DNA of 64,000 nt from a virus: IMG/VR virus record IMGVR_UViG_3300043409_002109, positions 64,001 to 128,000 of that record. One strand, written 5' to 3'. Shown piece after piece: positions 10,304 through 19,527 of the stretch (its first letter is position 1; each line of letters begins with the position of its first letter). Position numbers and translations under genes: made by a program. Below the pieces are notes generated by a model. The model was not told the origin of the DNA. It saw nothing but the letters and a program-made list of their open reading frames with translations, and did no database searches.

Positions 10304-10956
10304 TAGAAGCCTTCTAGTTTAATCTTAGGCTTCTTCTGGTATTCGAGAATATCATCAATGATATTTAGTTCCTTCGCTTCCTTGGCGCTAAAGAATATTG
10401 AAGTCTGACCAGCAAAGTATTTTGCCCAATTGGTTTTATTCATCTTGGTTCGCTTACGAATTATCTCATTCATAGTATCAAGGCCCCAGTTGTAGCACTT
10501 AACATGAGAATCTAATTCGACTACAGAGCTTATCTGAGTTTCAGAGATAGGCTCGTGATAGAAGAGGCGGGCACTAGGGAATGCCACTCTAATGTCGCCA
10601 GCCTGCATCAGGAGGAATCCTCCTGAATAAGCCATACCTTGTACTACCGTGATGATAGGACAGTCTACGGCGCGCAAGGTGTCGTAGATAGCTAGGGTTT
10701 GGACTACATCTCCACCGGGGCTGTTTATCATAACCTTAATCGGTGCACTGTCCTCAGCTGCTAGATATTCTATCTGAGAACATATGGCAGACCCTAAGGT
10801 AGGTTCTATCTCTCCTCCGATAAGTATAGTTCTTGTATTTGCGCCGAAGCCGGCGAGAGAGTGAGGAGTCCAAGAGTTAGCAGCACTATCGTGCTCTTCG
10901 TCCTCTTCTTCGGATTCCTCCTTGATATAAAAATTGTTCATTGTATTCAGTATCAT
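10303..10956 (-). CDS. clpP: ClpP-family peptidase subunit
   Basis: INSPGG, AIYD, GMAYSGG (catalytic Ser), FYHEP (His), FSAKEA...IIDDI. Confidence 0.9.
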   Translation of the reverse strand: MILNTMNNFYIKEESEEEDEEHDSAANSWTPHSLAGFGANTRTILIGGEIEPTLGSAICSQIEYLAAEDSAPIKVMINSPGGDVVQTLAIYDTLRAVDCPIITVVQGMAYSGGFLLMQAGDIRVAFPSARLFYHEPISETQISSVVELDSHVKCYNWGLDTMNEIIRKRTKMNKTNWAKYFAGQTSIFFSAKEAKELNIIDDILEYQKKPKIKLEGF

Positions 10957-11384
10957 TCGTCGTCCTCATTTGTAAGTATAAACTTTTTAAGTTTCTCAGC
11001 TGTAAGCTTTTTTGCTTCTTTATATGAGATGACTTTATAGATTAGACCTTGTTTAATTGCTGCTGTGTATTTATCGTGATCTCTCACTTTACCTTTAAGA
11101 AACTCTCTCTGAGCTTGTTCGAATTGAACATTGCCTCTGTTGGTAAAGCTGTAGTGTTGCGCACCATGTAACTCTAAGACTATCCCAAGATCTTCTATAT
11201 ACCAATCGAACCTATGTAGGTTGGTATGATACTCAGGGCAAATATCTTTTACTGGCACTTCCTGAAAGCATTTGAGTCTTGAAAAGAAGGGGTCTTTTGT
11301 AAAGATAACTCTCACTTCGTTATGGAAGTTAGAGTTGCCTTCGATTATTTGGAATTGGTTTTTCCATTTAGTTCGAGGGGGCAT
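10953..11384 (-). CDS. Vsr/DUF559-like endonuclease
   Basis: RFDWY...VLELHGAQHY...RDHDK motif. Confidence 0.7.
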   Translation of the reverse strand: MPPRTKWKNQFQIIEGNSNFHNEVRVIFTKDPFFSRLKCFQEVPVKDICPEYHTNLHRFDWYIEDLGIVLELHGAQHYSFTNRGNVQFEQAQREFLKGKVRDHDKYTAAIKQGLIYKVISYKEAKKLTAEKLKKFILTNEDDE

Positions 11385-11673
11385 TGGCTAACTTGAAGTC
11401 TCCAATTAGTAAGCACCCTCTATCTTTTAAAAATAGGTATAGGTCTTGCCATAACGCATCGTCTTCTATTTTCTTGAAGGCGCCTGGAGTATGTATATCA
11501 ATTTCCTCTATGTAGGTTTTGTTGTGTCTTAGTTTGTGAGTAAAGCATACGTATTCATTGAAGCCACGCTTAACAGTAGCTAAGTGGATCCAGGGACCTC
11601 CGCTAAAGGTATTGGTGGGAAGTTCTTGGCGCACGTCAGTTACTAGTATGAAGTCTGTTCCGAACGAATTCAT
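11368..11673 (-). CDS. Hypothetical protein
   Basis: Packed ORF. Confidence 0.6.
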   Translation of the reverse strand: MNSFGTDFILVTDVRQELPTNTFSGGPWIHLATVKRGFNEYVCFTHKLRHNKTYIEEIDIHTPGAFKKIEDDALWQDLYLFLKDRGCLLIGDFKLANAPSN

Positions 11674-12412
11674 CTTTTCTTCCTGGGAAGCAATTTGTTT
11701 TAAAGGGACACCTATATGAACAAGGTGTTATAGGGTAGTGATAACCAGACTCTAACGCCTGAACAAGAGAGTTCACTGAACTCAACTGCTCACCAGTATA
11801 AGAAGTATCTGAAACTTCTAATATGGTTACCTCACCTTTGTCTGCTATATGCATGACAAGAGCGGTGACAGTCGGGCGGGCCCAATGTTTGACCCCTAAC
11901 TGAGAGATCAACTGCATCTGCAAATGCAGAACAGGATCTGTCTCAGCTGAATGAAGGAGGCCATAGGGAGTGAAGAAAGGCAGAATCAATTCTTTGGTCT
12001 TCTTTCTTCTCATTAGACCTGAGATATGTAGGTCTATAGGGGTCTTGCTCACTTTCATTCTATGAGGAAGCGCGCCACTTACCGTGTAGAACTCTGTAGG
12101 GTCTAGTATTTTCCAGACCTTATTCAATGCGTAGGTACAGCATCTTAGTATCTCTTGGAGTTCAGTAGGAGTGTACTTCTCATCTATATTCTCTGCTACC
12201 CATATTCTTCTAAGAGCTTTCTGGAAGGTAATAGCAGGATTAGAAATCTCTTCTTTAATAGAGAAGGCCAACATGTATTCAACAGTTTTCCTTACTATAG
12301 ATTGAACTAAAGTCTCTTCGACTAAGCCCCCATAATGAAAGAACTGAGAACATTTTACGAATGCCCTCAGTTCCTGTTCTGTTAAGACTGAACCTAAAGT
12401 AATAGGTTGCAC
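11636..12412 (-). CDS. Degenerate Cas4/AddB-like PD-(D/E)XK protein with Fe-S-type Cys motif
   Basis: LRAFVKCSQFFHY at the N-terminus and CSYRCPFKTNC at the C-terminus; probable GTG start at 12412 just after the upstream stop. Confidence 0.5.
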   Translation of the reverse strand: MQPITLGSVLTEQELRAFVKCSQFFHYGGLVEETLVQSIVRKTVEYMLAFSIKEEISNPAITFQKALRRIWVAENIDEKYTPTELQEILRCCTYALNKVWKILDPTEFYTVSGALPHRMKVSKTPIDLHISGLMRRKKTKELILPFFTPYGLLHSAETDPVLHLQMQLISQLGVKHWARPTVTALVMHIADKGEVTILEVSDTSYTGEQLSSVNSLVQALESGYHYPITPCSYRCPFKTNCFPGRKDEFVRNRLHTSN

Positions 12413-12413
12413 T

Positions 12414-12737
12414 TTACCCCCAGGGGTTCTTCTTGGCTTTGACTTTCGTTTTCTCTTCAGCAAGGATTGTAGTGGCCACATGCTCATTAATGAATACCCT
12501 TTCAATGGGGTACTCTTTTTCTTGAGCTAGCTCTAGGTTCATATCTAGATATGGCTCTTCTCCTTTAATAGTTTTCTGTCTTACCTTGTAAGACAGAATG
12601 TTTCTACTCATGAGAACGCTTCTGAGTTTATCTCCCGAGAACTTGAGATGAGTTGGGCCAGTCTCAAGCCAATAAAATGTTTTATTTGCCCGGACCCATA
12701 TACCCCAGATCTTAGAAGGAGGTTGACTGCCAATCAT
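12414..12737 (-). CDS. Hypothetical protein
   Basis: Packed ORF, ATGA overlap. Confidence 0.55.
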   Translation of the reverse strand: MIGSQPPSKIWGIWVRANKTFYWLETGPTHLKFSGDKLRSVLMSRNILSYKVRQKTIKGEEPYLDMNLELAQEKEYPIERVFINEHVATTILAEEKTKVKAKKNPWG

Positions 12738-13255
12738 TTTTCACTCAGGATGATAAAGTCATCTGTTAAATTACTGTTAGAGATAGAGATAAATTCTGCT
12801 TCAAGATCGGCCAGAAGCCGATGAGGAGTTCCTCTTGGAATACACCAACCGACACCACAGCCTATCCTATACCTTGAGAATTTAGATTCAAGATACACTT
12901 CGAGTATAAGCACGCCTCTAGTCACTATCAACTGTAAATCAGTATCAGTATGCAATATTAATGGAGTCGTAGCCCCAGAAACAAACTTATTGAAAACGAT
13001 ATTGGTAGTGCCGGTGTTCTCAGCATAGAGAAGAGAGAACCCCTGGGGGCTCTCTTCGAAGATGGGAAGAATCTTACCAAGGAGGCGATGGCCTATAAAG
13101 TGAGTAGCCTTAACCCCAGGCGAACAAGAGGTGAGTGCGGACTCGTCTACTATATCGCTAGGATTAACCACCTCTATCCCCTCAATTAATAAAGAAGCAT
13201 CATTGAAGATGTCCTGAGAAGGAGTAAGATTTAGCATAAGAACATGCCCTGACAT
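12734..13255 (-). CDS. Cupin-fold protein
   Basis: GxxxxIPRGTPHRL cupin motif 2. Confidence 0.55.
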   Translation of the reverse strand: MSGHVLMLNLTPSQDIFNDASLLIEGIEVVNPSDIVDESALTSCSPGVKATHFIGHRLLGKILPIFEESPQGFSLLYAENTGTTNIVFNKFVSGATTPLILHTDTDLQLIVTRGVLILEVYLESKFSRYRIGCGVGWCIPRGTPHRLLADLEAEFISISNSNLTDDFIILSEK

Positions 13256-13587
13256 ATGAGACTACGATTACCAATTAGGGGTAACCGGTCGTTATCAGAG
13301 AAGAGAACAAAGGACTTGAAATCTGAAGTTGGCACACAGTCAGCAACTTTTCCGTCTCGCTCCAAGATATAGACATCTACTTCTCGCACTTCTATATAAC
13401 CAGCGACCTTCTTCTTTACCAAGGTTCTAGTTGGACTAGCAACCCAGACTTGATCTCCAACATATACGGTTCTGCCAAGAAAATCTTCGCATACCCATTG
13501 AGAGGTAGTGAAAAATTCATGATCTGTATGACCATCACTCATGTTCGTACTCACATATGATTTCGACATCGCGAATTTGGACATCAA
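13231..13587 (-). CDS. Hypothetical protein (true start probably ~13542)
   Basis: Packed ORF. Confidence 0.5.
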   Translation of the reverse strand: MMSKFAMSKSYVSTNMSDGHTDHEFFTTSQWVCEDFLGRTVYVGDQVWVASPTRTLVKKKVAGYIEVREVDVYILERDGKVADCVPTSDFKSFVLFSDNDRLPLIGNRSLICQGMFLC

Positions 13588-13720
13588 CGAGGTGGTCTAA
13601 GTTGTTACATTCTAGGCGCACAAGATCTCTAGCAAGGCCCAAGGCCTCACCTTCAGATTCAGCTTCTATAGTTACATCTCTATAGCCTATTACCTTGACA
13701 CTTATTTCAAAGGTTTTCAT
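13535..13720 (-). CDS. Small phage protein (DpnD/PcfM-like)
   Basis: MKTFEISV...VTIEAESEGEA pattern. Confidence 0.55.
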   Translation of the reverse strand: MKTFEISVKVIGYRDVTIEAESEGEALGLARDLVRLECNNLDHLVDVQIRDVEIICEYEHE

Positions 13721-14021
13721 CGTCTTCCTCTAAAGTTAAATCGCTTTCTCTTAATATATTCTGTATGTGTTGAGGCGCGGGCGTGTGCTCAAGTCCGTAG
13801 AAGTCAACGGAAAGTTGACCATCTTTCTTTTGTAAAGTGGGGACATAGCTATCTGCCGAGTGAATAGAAGATAGAAGCGTATTGTCGTAATTGATACGCT
13901 CTCTTTCGTAGACCCTTCGGAGTTCTGTAGCTAGTAGTTTCTCAGCTTCCTCTTCTGTCTCTGCTTTGATAGAGATGCGTCTCTCGTCCTTCCTCCAGCA
14001 TTCGAATGTGTATACGTTCAT
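13707..14021 (-). CDS. Hypothetical protein
   Basis: ISIKAETEEEA pattern like its neighbour. Confidence 0.55.
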   Translation of the reverse strand: MNVYTFECWRKDERRISIKAETEEEAEKLLATELRRVYERERINYDNTLLSSIHSADSYVPTLQKKDGQLSVDFYGLEHTPAPQHIQNILRESDLTLEEDDENL

Positions 14022-14305
14022 CCTTCAACTCCTTGGATCCAGTAGCCAAGTGCCATTAGGCGCGCTTGGTATCGCTCTTGGATTATCTTCTCTATGTTTA
14101 AGACCTTCTCTTCAGATAGAGTCTCGGGGGCATACGTTATGCCTTCTACATCTTCTCGGTAATCCCAGATACCACCTAGGGTATACTCTCCGTTATCATC
14201 TACCACTACCTCTAGAGCAAGCCCCAAGGGGTGTAAGAATAACCTGTTGAGTTCATGGAGGTAGCCTTCATTTCGGAACTCTTCGATATTAATATAATTT
14301 GGCAT
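14018..14305 (-). CDS. Conserved phage hypothetical protein
   Basis: GYLHELNRLFLHPLGLAL motif. Confidence 0.65.
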   Translation of the reverse strand: MPNYINIEEFRNEGYLHELNRLFLHPLGLALEVVVDDNGEYTLGGIWDYREDVEGITYAPETLSEEKVLNIEKIIQERYQARLMALGYWIQGVEG

Positions 14306-14306
14306 T

Positions 14307-14414
14307 TTATAAGCCTATCTTTATATCTCTGAGCATCGACCATAGTAGGGCTAGGCTAAAACCCGAGGCGACACCAACGAGAAAGCAAAGTGAGCCAATT
14401 AAAATATTAGTCAT
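14307..14414 (-). CDS. 35-aa membrane peptide (not in ORF track)
   Basis: MTNILIGSLCFLVGVASGFSLALLWSMLRDIKIGL; TAATG coupling to the upstream peptide. Confidence 0.55.
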   Translation of the reverse strand: MTNILIGSLCFLVGVASGFSLALLWSMLRDIKIGL

Positions 14415-14509
14415 TAGAAATCTCTACGAAAAAAGTAGTATAGAGCATAGAAGCCCAGGCCTATGGAAACACTCCCGGCGCAACAGAGCCCTGCTAAAAA
14501 TTCAAACAT
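14414..14509 (-). CDS. 31-aa membrane peptide (not in ORF track)
   Basis: MFEFLAGLCCAGSVSIGLGFYALYYFFRRDF; GGAG RBS upstream. Confidence 0.55.
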   Translation of the reverse strand: MFEFLAGLCCAGSVSIGLGFYALYYFFRRDF

Positions 14510-14744
14510 TTATTTTCTCCAACAGCCCTTGTATTAAAGGGGCTATAATAAGTTTACGTTGATGACGTGCTTGTTCAGGGGTCATCTCTTCTATCTCCTC
14601 TAAGGTAAAAGTGTTACTCAAAGAGAATTTATCTTTACCAAAGATGATCTTGCATGTGACTCGGATCTTATCTTTGTCTAGAGTCGGGTCAATATCTATC
14701 TGAGTAAAGGGGCTCATAAGATCCAAGAATTCAGATCTGTCCAT
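14502..14744 (-). CDS. Hypothetical protein
   Basis: Packed ORF with RBS. Confidence 0.55.
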   Translation of the reverse strand: MDRSEFLDLMSPFTQIDIDPTLDKDKIRVTCKIIFGKDKFSLSNTFTLEEIEEMTPEQARHQRKLIIAPLIQGLLEKINV

Positions 14745-14755
14745 TTTGTTTATCC

Positions 14756-15004
14756 TTATCCATCTTCTGGATCCTCTGGTAATGCTTCCGATCTGCGTCT
14801 GGCTAATTTTGCTATTTTTTGGAGTTGATAACTATGGGAAGCTAATCTCCCAATCGTATCTTCAATACTAGCCCTTCTGGGTTTGCTATCTTCCCACCAC
14901 TGAATTTCTGCTTCTACCGAAAGCACTAGCAGATCTAGCTCGGCGGCTAGAGATGTAAGACCATCTCTATTGCCTCTTTGATACCTAGTCAGAACAGGAT
15001 TCAT
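14756..15004 (-). CDS. Hypothetical protein
   Basis: GGAG RBS. Confidence 0.55.
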   Translation of the reverse strand: MNPVLTRYQRGNRDGLTSLAAELDLLVLSVEAEIQWWEDSKPRRASIEDTIGRLASHSYQLQKIAKLARRRSEALPEDPEDG

Positions 15005-15164
15005 AACGCTCTCCTAATTCCATTCGGCGAAGAATTTCCTCGTGTAAGTCAGAGAAAGATATACTGAGGTTATGGTTGCCCTCGAATGGGCAGTAGGTAT
15101 TACAAGAGACTTGTTCTTCTAGGTAGTCTAGGAGTTCTGTATTAGTTAAATCTTTTGGGCTCAT
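14985..15164 (-). CDS. 59-aa hypothetical protein (below ORF-track cutoff)
   Basis: MSPKDLTNTELLDYLEEQ... fills the gap, ATGA overlap with the upstream gene. Confidence 0.5.
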   Translation of the reverse strand: MSPKDLTNTELLDYLEEQVSCNTYCPFEGNHNLSISFSDLHEEILRRMELGERYESCSD

Positions 15165-15598
15165 TGTGAGTGCTCTATTCGATAATGATCTTTACAGATA
15201 TTGCAGATGTAATAATCACAACAATCATTAGAACAGCTTCCATTGTCTGTAGAATCAGGGTGTACCCAAATGCCAGGTTCACCTTTTGTATAGGGGCGCT
15301 CCTCTGTACAGATAAAGGCGCCACTTATTATGTCTAGGGTAGGAGTAATATCTGTTTCAGTGTTCATGTGGACCTTAAGAGGCTTGAATATTACTGCATC
15401 ATCTGGAAGCTCCTGAGCAAGAACATAAGGTCCACTGTTGGTAAACCACCGTGCCACAGGTTCATAGCCTGTACCGTCATCATATTTTTTGACTATGTAG
15501 AACATATGTCTTGCTTTGCTGTAAGCCTGAGTGCCTTCGAGGTGGCGCCTTGGATCCCTCAACTCTGAAACCTCGCACTTCATTTCGTTAAATTGCAT
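15161..15598 (-). CDS. Hypothetical protein, Cys-rich C-terminus
   Basis: CSNDCCDYYICNIC; packed. Confidence 0.55.
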   Translation of the reverse strand: MQFNEMKCEVSELRDPRRHLEGTQAYSKARHMFYIVKKYDDGTGYEPVARWFTNSGPYVLAQELPDDAVIFKPLKVHMNTETDITPTLDIISGAFICTEERPYTKGEPGIWVHPDSTDNGSCSNDCCDYYICNICKDHYRIEHSQ

Positions 15599-15888
15599 TA
15601 TGGTATCTCCGGCAATTCTAAATACCAGCTAGGAGGAAATAGAGTGTACCCATCATCAGAAGATATATCTGAAGCATAAAGCCATTGCCCCTCTCCGTTG
15701 GCTTCTTCATCCTGTTGCCAAGAACGCCAGCCCACTATAGCTTCGTCAATTGCTCTTGATCGCGCAAATACCACTACCTCACCCTCTAGGGGCTCGGTTT
15801 CTGTTATTCGTTTCCACATGTAATTTCCAAATAAAAAGTGTCTGGGGGGAGATCTACGCAGCCTTCCCCTGCAGGGTATGTTATCCAA
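15598..15888 (-). CDS. DUF551-like small phage protein
   Basis: WKRITETEP...SWYLELPEIP pattern; true start probably the internal Met. Confidence 0.45.
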   Translation of the reverse strand: MDNIPCRGRLRRSPPRHFLFGNYMWKRITETEPLEGEVVVFARSRAIDEAIVGWRSWQQDEEANGEGQWLYASDISSDDGYTLFPPSWYLELPEIP

Positions 15889-16034
15889 CGACGCCCGGGA
15901 GGTGTGTCTGTCACGGCTAAACGATAAAAAGCTTTAGCTGTCTCAGAGTAGGCTATAGTGTTCAAAGGGAGAGAAAGCATGATGCTCTCCTCATAAGCAC
16001 CATACCAATGTAAACTATTCTGATGAAAGGACAT
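15804..16034 (-). CDS. Hypothetical protein
   Basis: TGATG coupling. Confidence 0.5.
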   Translation of the reverse strand: MSFHQNSLHWYGAYEESIMLSLPLNTIAYSETAKAFYRLAVTDTPPGRRWITYPAGEGCVDLPPDTFYLEITCGNE

Positions 16035-16246
16035 CAGCCGCCACCATTAGGAGCCGAGACATCATGGAAGTGGTAGACTACGTTAGAGAAGGAGTTCGGG
16101 CCAAGTAGCTGATCTAGAAGATCGGCGGCCGGGAGAATAGGGTGAACTAAACAATTATGAACTGCACACCAGAAGTACCATGTGAAGTCGCGCGAGTTAC
16201 TCATAAAACACCATAACAAATAAAGAATCCACACCAAGAAAAACAT
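16034..16246 (-). CDS. Conserved small phage protein
   Basis: VHNCLVHP...FHD motif. Confidence 0.55.
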   Translation of the reverse strand: MFFLVWILYLLWCFMSNSRDFTWYFWCAVHNCLVHPILPAADLLDQLLGPNSFSNVVYHFHDVSAPNGGG

Positions 16247-16433
16247 CTATAATGTGAATGTGATTTAGGAAGAATCTTAGAAACATATTGAGGATAGAGA
16301 GATAAAGGCATCTCATGATCGTGGCCCCAACCACCAACTACAGCCCAACCTTTTGTGGGGTTGCCTATACCGCAAGAGGCTTCCCATGCACCGCCCTTGT
16401 TAGGGCCAAAGGCGTAGAGGAGTCTGTAATCAC

Positions 16434-16712
16434 TTAACATGGTTGCACTTCTTTTTCTAAATATATTTTCATAATATCAAGCAATTGGTTATAGTCCATT
16501 TCTGGAATAGCTTGTAGTTCTTTTACGAAGAACTGTTCATCACAGAAATCGCTAGAGAGATATTCGCTAATCACTTCGACTTCTTTAGGAGTTAGCATCT
16601 CTCTGAAATAGGAGACTACAATCACTTTCCTTGCGGTATCAAGACCAGGAACGACTACTCTAATTTTTGTTTTTGTAACTGTAATAGTATCTACGGAGTA
16701 TGGGTAACTCAT
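16434..16712 (-). CDS. Hypothetical protein (probable paralogue of 20146..20445)
   Basis: Shared E..F..EL.A....Y.Q.LD motif. Confidence 0.55.
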   Translation of the reverse strand: MSYPYSVDTITVTKTKIRVVVPGLDTARKVIVVSYFREMLTPKEVEVISEYLSSDFCDEQFFVKELQAIPEMDYNQLLDIMKIYLEKEVQPC

Positions 16713-17251
16713 ATTAATCCTTGTTCTTTATAGAATCTTTCAACTACTTCTATTTGCGCTTTGCAATCTGCTAAGGGATTATGCAGATTGGGATTCCTCG
16801 GGAAAGTTTTATCCTTTAAGAATTCTCTGATAGTTCGAATATCGCGCCATTCGCGGAATTTCCACGGAGGGGCTATGGAGAACTCTCTGTAAAGCCCGGT
16901 CATGATTGTCTCATCGAAGTTAGGTGAGTTCCCCCACCATATAGCTTGTTCCCAGCTTAGTCCAGAAGATGAACTGGCCATCCACTTTAGTTCCTTAAGA
17001 GCGGTCAAAGTTGGAAGACGCTCTTGGGGGTGCACCCAATGGGCTGCAGCTTCTGGCTTCTGAGTCATCCACCAGCGGATAGTATCAAAGTCCGCCTTCC
17101 GTTCTCGCTGATCCTCAGGGTCAAGTATCCATAGCATTTCCCATTGGGTTTCTTTTCCTGGTTTGAAGGCTACTACAGCAACAGAGACAACAGGGGCATT
17201 TGGCAACTGACCTAGTGTTTCTATATCTAACATAAAATGTTGTGTTGTCAT
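16709..17251 (-). CDS. DEDDh 3'-5' exonuclease (Rv2179c/Exo VIII-like)
   Basis: MLDIETLG, WGNSPNFD, RDIRT, HNPLADC. Confidence 0.88.
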   Translation of the reverse strand: MTTQHFMLDIETLGQLPNAPVVSVAVVAFKPGKETQWEMLWILDPEDQRERKADFDTIRWWMTQKPEAAAHWVHPQERLPTLTALKELKWMASSSSGLSWEQAIWWGNSPNFDETIMTGLYREFSIAPPWKFREWRDIRTIREFLKDKTFPRNPNLHNPLADCKAQIEVVERFYKEQGLI

Positions 17252-17505
17252 ATTATTGGTTCTTCTATTTTTATATGTTTTGTGTAATCAGGATGTTCGC
17301 TAAGCTTGTAATATCTTCTTGCATTTCTGAGTGGTTCTGTTGTGTACCAGAGTTCTCCTGCGCCGCCGCCCCTAATCACATGGAGGATCATCTTGAAAGA
17401 ATGAAAGCCCGCAACATTGTGTGTAGTAGCGAATGTGTCCTCACAGAGGATCCAGTAGTAGCCGGGAGATGTTGGTGGTCCTTCAATCCATTCTGAATTT
17501 TGCAA
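17248..17505 (-). CDS. Hypothetical protein
   Basis: PPTSPGYYW phage motif. Confidence 0.45.
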   Translation of the reverse strand: MQNSEWIEGPPTSPGYYWILCEDTFATTHNVAGFHSFKMILHVIRGGGAGELWYTTEPLRNARRYYKLSEHPDYTKHIKIEEPII

Positions 17506-18331
17506 TGAATTCCTCTTGTTCTCTTCTGTTAGAGATTTGACTAGCAGCGGCGCTCTCTACACAGTATTCCTCAGGAAAGGAGAGCATCAGCTTTAATGCG
17601 CTGTACTCACGGGCACTTAACACCACCCTATTCAATTGATAATCTCTAAATGCTTCCATAGATATAGGAAAGAGTTGGTTTAGTATCTGCTGAATAGCCT
17701 CAGCATAGACACGAATCTCTTGCTGAGCATGGCTATCAAGGCGCTGCTTTAGGAGCAACATCCAATCACCAAGATTAGCTGTTACAACGCCTTCTGTGTA
17801 CTGGCCCTGAGGGAGTACGGTGCGCGCCTGCTCTCTACAGACACCAAGCCCAAGAAGCTCCTGATAATCAAGTTGGGCGCGATGATTAGAAGATTCAACA
17901 GCAATGAAGGCGTCCTCTTCGGCAGCTTCACTCAATTTGCCAGAGCCAACCTGTTTGTTGCCAGAACCCTGCCCACGAATATCATCAGGAAGGATAGGCT
18001 GCCACTTCTCATCAGGCATAACTGAGTAACGACCACTCATCATATTCCAGGAAAATCTATCGTGCCTAATGAATTGTGCATGTACGAACAAGGGAAGTCT
18101 CAAATGAAACTTAACCTGAGCCATACTGAAGGGACTATAGTGTTCGTGGCGCATGAGGAATCTAATGAGATCGCGATCTTCAGACACCTTACGAGTACCC
18201 TTAGCATAGCTAACTCTTGCTGCCTGGCTAATTGATTCGTCAGTGCCCATAAAATCAATTATCTGGACGAATCCTGAGTTTAAAACTTCTACTTTTCTAT
18301 TCCACTCGGATGTGTTTCCAAGTTCTTTCAT
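17483..18331 (-). CDS. thyX: Flavin-dependent thymidylate synthase
   Basis: AARVSY, HYSPF, RHDRFSWNMMSGRY, EQARTVLP, HAQQEIR. Confidence 0.95.
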   Translation of the reverse strand: MKELGNTSEWNRKVEVLNSGFVQIIDFMGTDESISQAARVSYAKGTRKVSEDRDLIRFLMRHEHYSPFSMAQVKFHLRLPLFVHAQFIRHDRFSWNMMSGRYSVMPDEKWQPILPDDIRGQGSGNKQVGSGKLSEAAEEDAFIAVESSNHRAQLDYQELLGLGVCREQARTVLPQGQYTEGVVTANLGDWMLLLKQRLDSHAQQEIRVYAEAIQQILNQLFPISMEAFRDYQLNRVVLSAREYSALKLMLSFPEEYCVESAAASQISNRREQEEFIAKFRMD

Positions 18332-19064
18332 ATTTTATATCTCCTATACTGCTGATACTGATGTTATATTTGCGAGCCAATTCGGCAGAGCCACTACCAT
18401 TTTGCAGGGCTTTTTTGATCTCATAAGCTATTTCATTAGTGATCTTATGATTATGATGTTGTTCTCCAGATGGAGTGCCTATTTCTAAAGGGATGCCCCC
18501 GGTAATATCAGAGAAACTACGACCTCTAGCAATATCGCAAATAGTTGTTCTTGATACTTTATATTCCTTAGCAATATTTAACTCTCTTTCTCCAGCTTGA
18601 AGACGAGCATAGATAATGACAGCTTGCTCAGCGCTCAGATATGCACGCTTTTCTCTAGCTTGTAAGAGACCATTTTTGATACTTGTTCGATGCTCTATAG
18701 ATAGTTTTCTACCTTTAAGTCTTTCAGACTGGGCCACTCTTTGTTCCTCGGTCCATGACCTTCCAGGGCAGTCGGCGCCGGCTCCATTAATGTTATAACC
18801 AATTTTAGGATTCATAGTATCTAGGCGGGAGATCCACTCATGCTCTCTGAACCTCAAGATTTGGAAATCTTCTACCACTTCTAGAATCGAAAAACTAAAA
18901 GACCCACATCCATATTTATTCCATGCTCTTTGTAAGTGTGGATTCTGATGTGTTCCTTTTTTCAAATACCCTAAGTGGTCAGACCACCTTTTTGCAAGAG
19001 CGATAGTTGAACCGACATAAAGTTTTTGGTTGATATTACATTTGATAAGATAAATACATTGCAT
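18297..19064 (-). mobile_element. Free-standing GIY-YIG homing endonuclease with NUMOD/HTH DNA-binding repeats
   Basis: CIYLI...YVGS...RWSDH...HQNPHLQRAWNKYG; NUMOD3-like and C-terminal HTH repeats. Confidence 0.9.
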
Positions 19065-19097
19065 AGTCTACACCTTTGGATACTTTGGCAGTATACT

Positions 19098-19247
19098 CTA
19101 GTGCTTTTTGACTTGCAATACAAATCCATCGTTAAGAACTGGGATTGGTTTCTCAAGTTCGTCTATATCTATTTGCATTTGTTCTATCACTTTGTTTAAG
19201 TCCAAACCTTTGTAAATACCAATAGGCTGGGGTAGTTCACTTTCCAT
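19098..19247 (-). pseudogene. 49-aa ORF, probable orphaned thyX 5' end
   Basis: Ends ...KPIPVLNDGFVLQVKKH*, matching the ThyX N-terminal VEVLNSGFV. Confidence 0.55.
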
Positions 19248-19527
19248 GTTGTTTCACTGCTGAGGGAGGCCAAGGTAGATTATTCGTGGCAGCAAAGACC
19301 TTGAGCTTCTCTACGTGACGATAGACCTTAGTTGTGCCTGCGGCCATCACTTGTAAATAATGTGTGCGTGTGCGCTCGGTTTGTCGTTCTTCATAGATGT
19401 CCCAGACATTACGCCCGTTATACTTGATACGAAGTAAGCGCGCGTTCTCTCTACTGCAATTAAGAATCTGAGATAGTTCTTCATTCGTGTATTGGCTCAT
19501 CAAGCCAATGTAGTTTTGTTCATTCAT
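19237..19527 (-). CDS. HTH-like hypothetical protein
   Basis: TNEELSQILNCSRENAR. Confidence 0.5.
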   Translation of the reverse strand: MNEQNYIGLMSQYTNEELSQILNCSRENARLLRIKYNGRNVWDIYEERQTERTRTHYLQVMAAGTTKVYRHVEKLKVFAATNNLPWPPSAVKQHGK

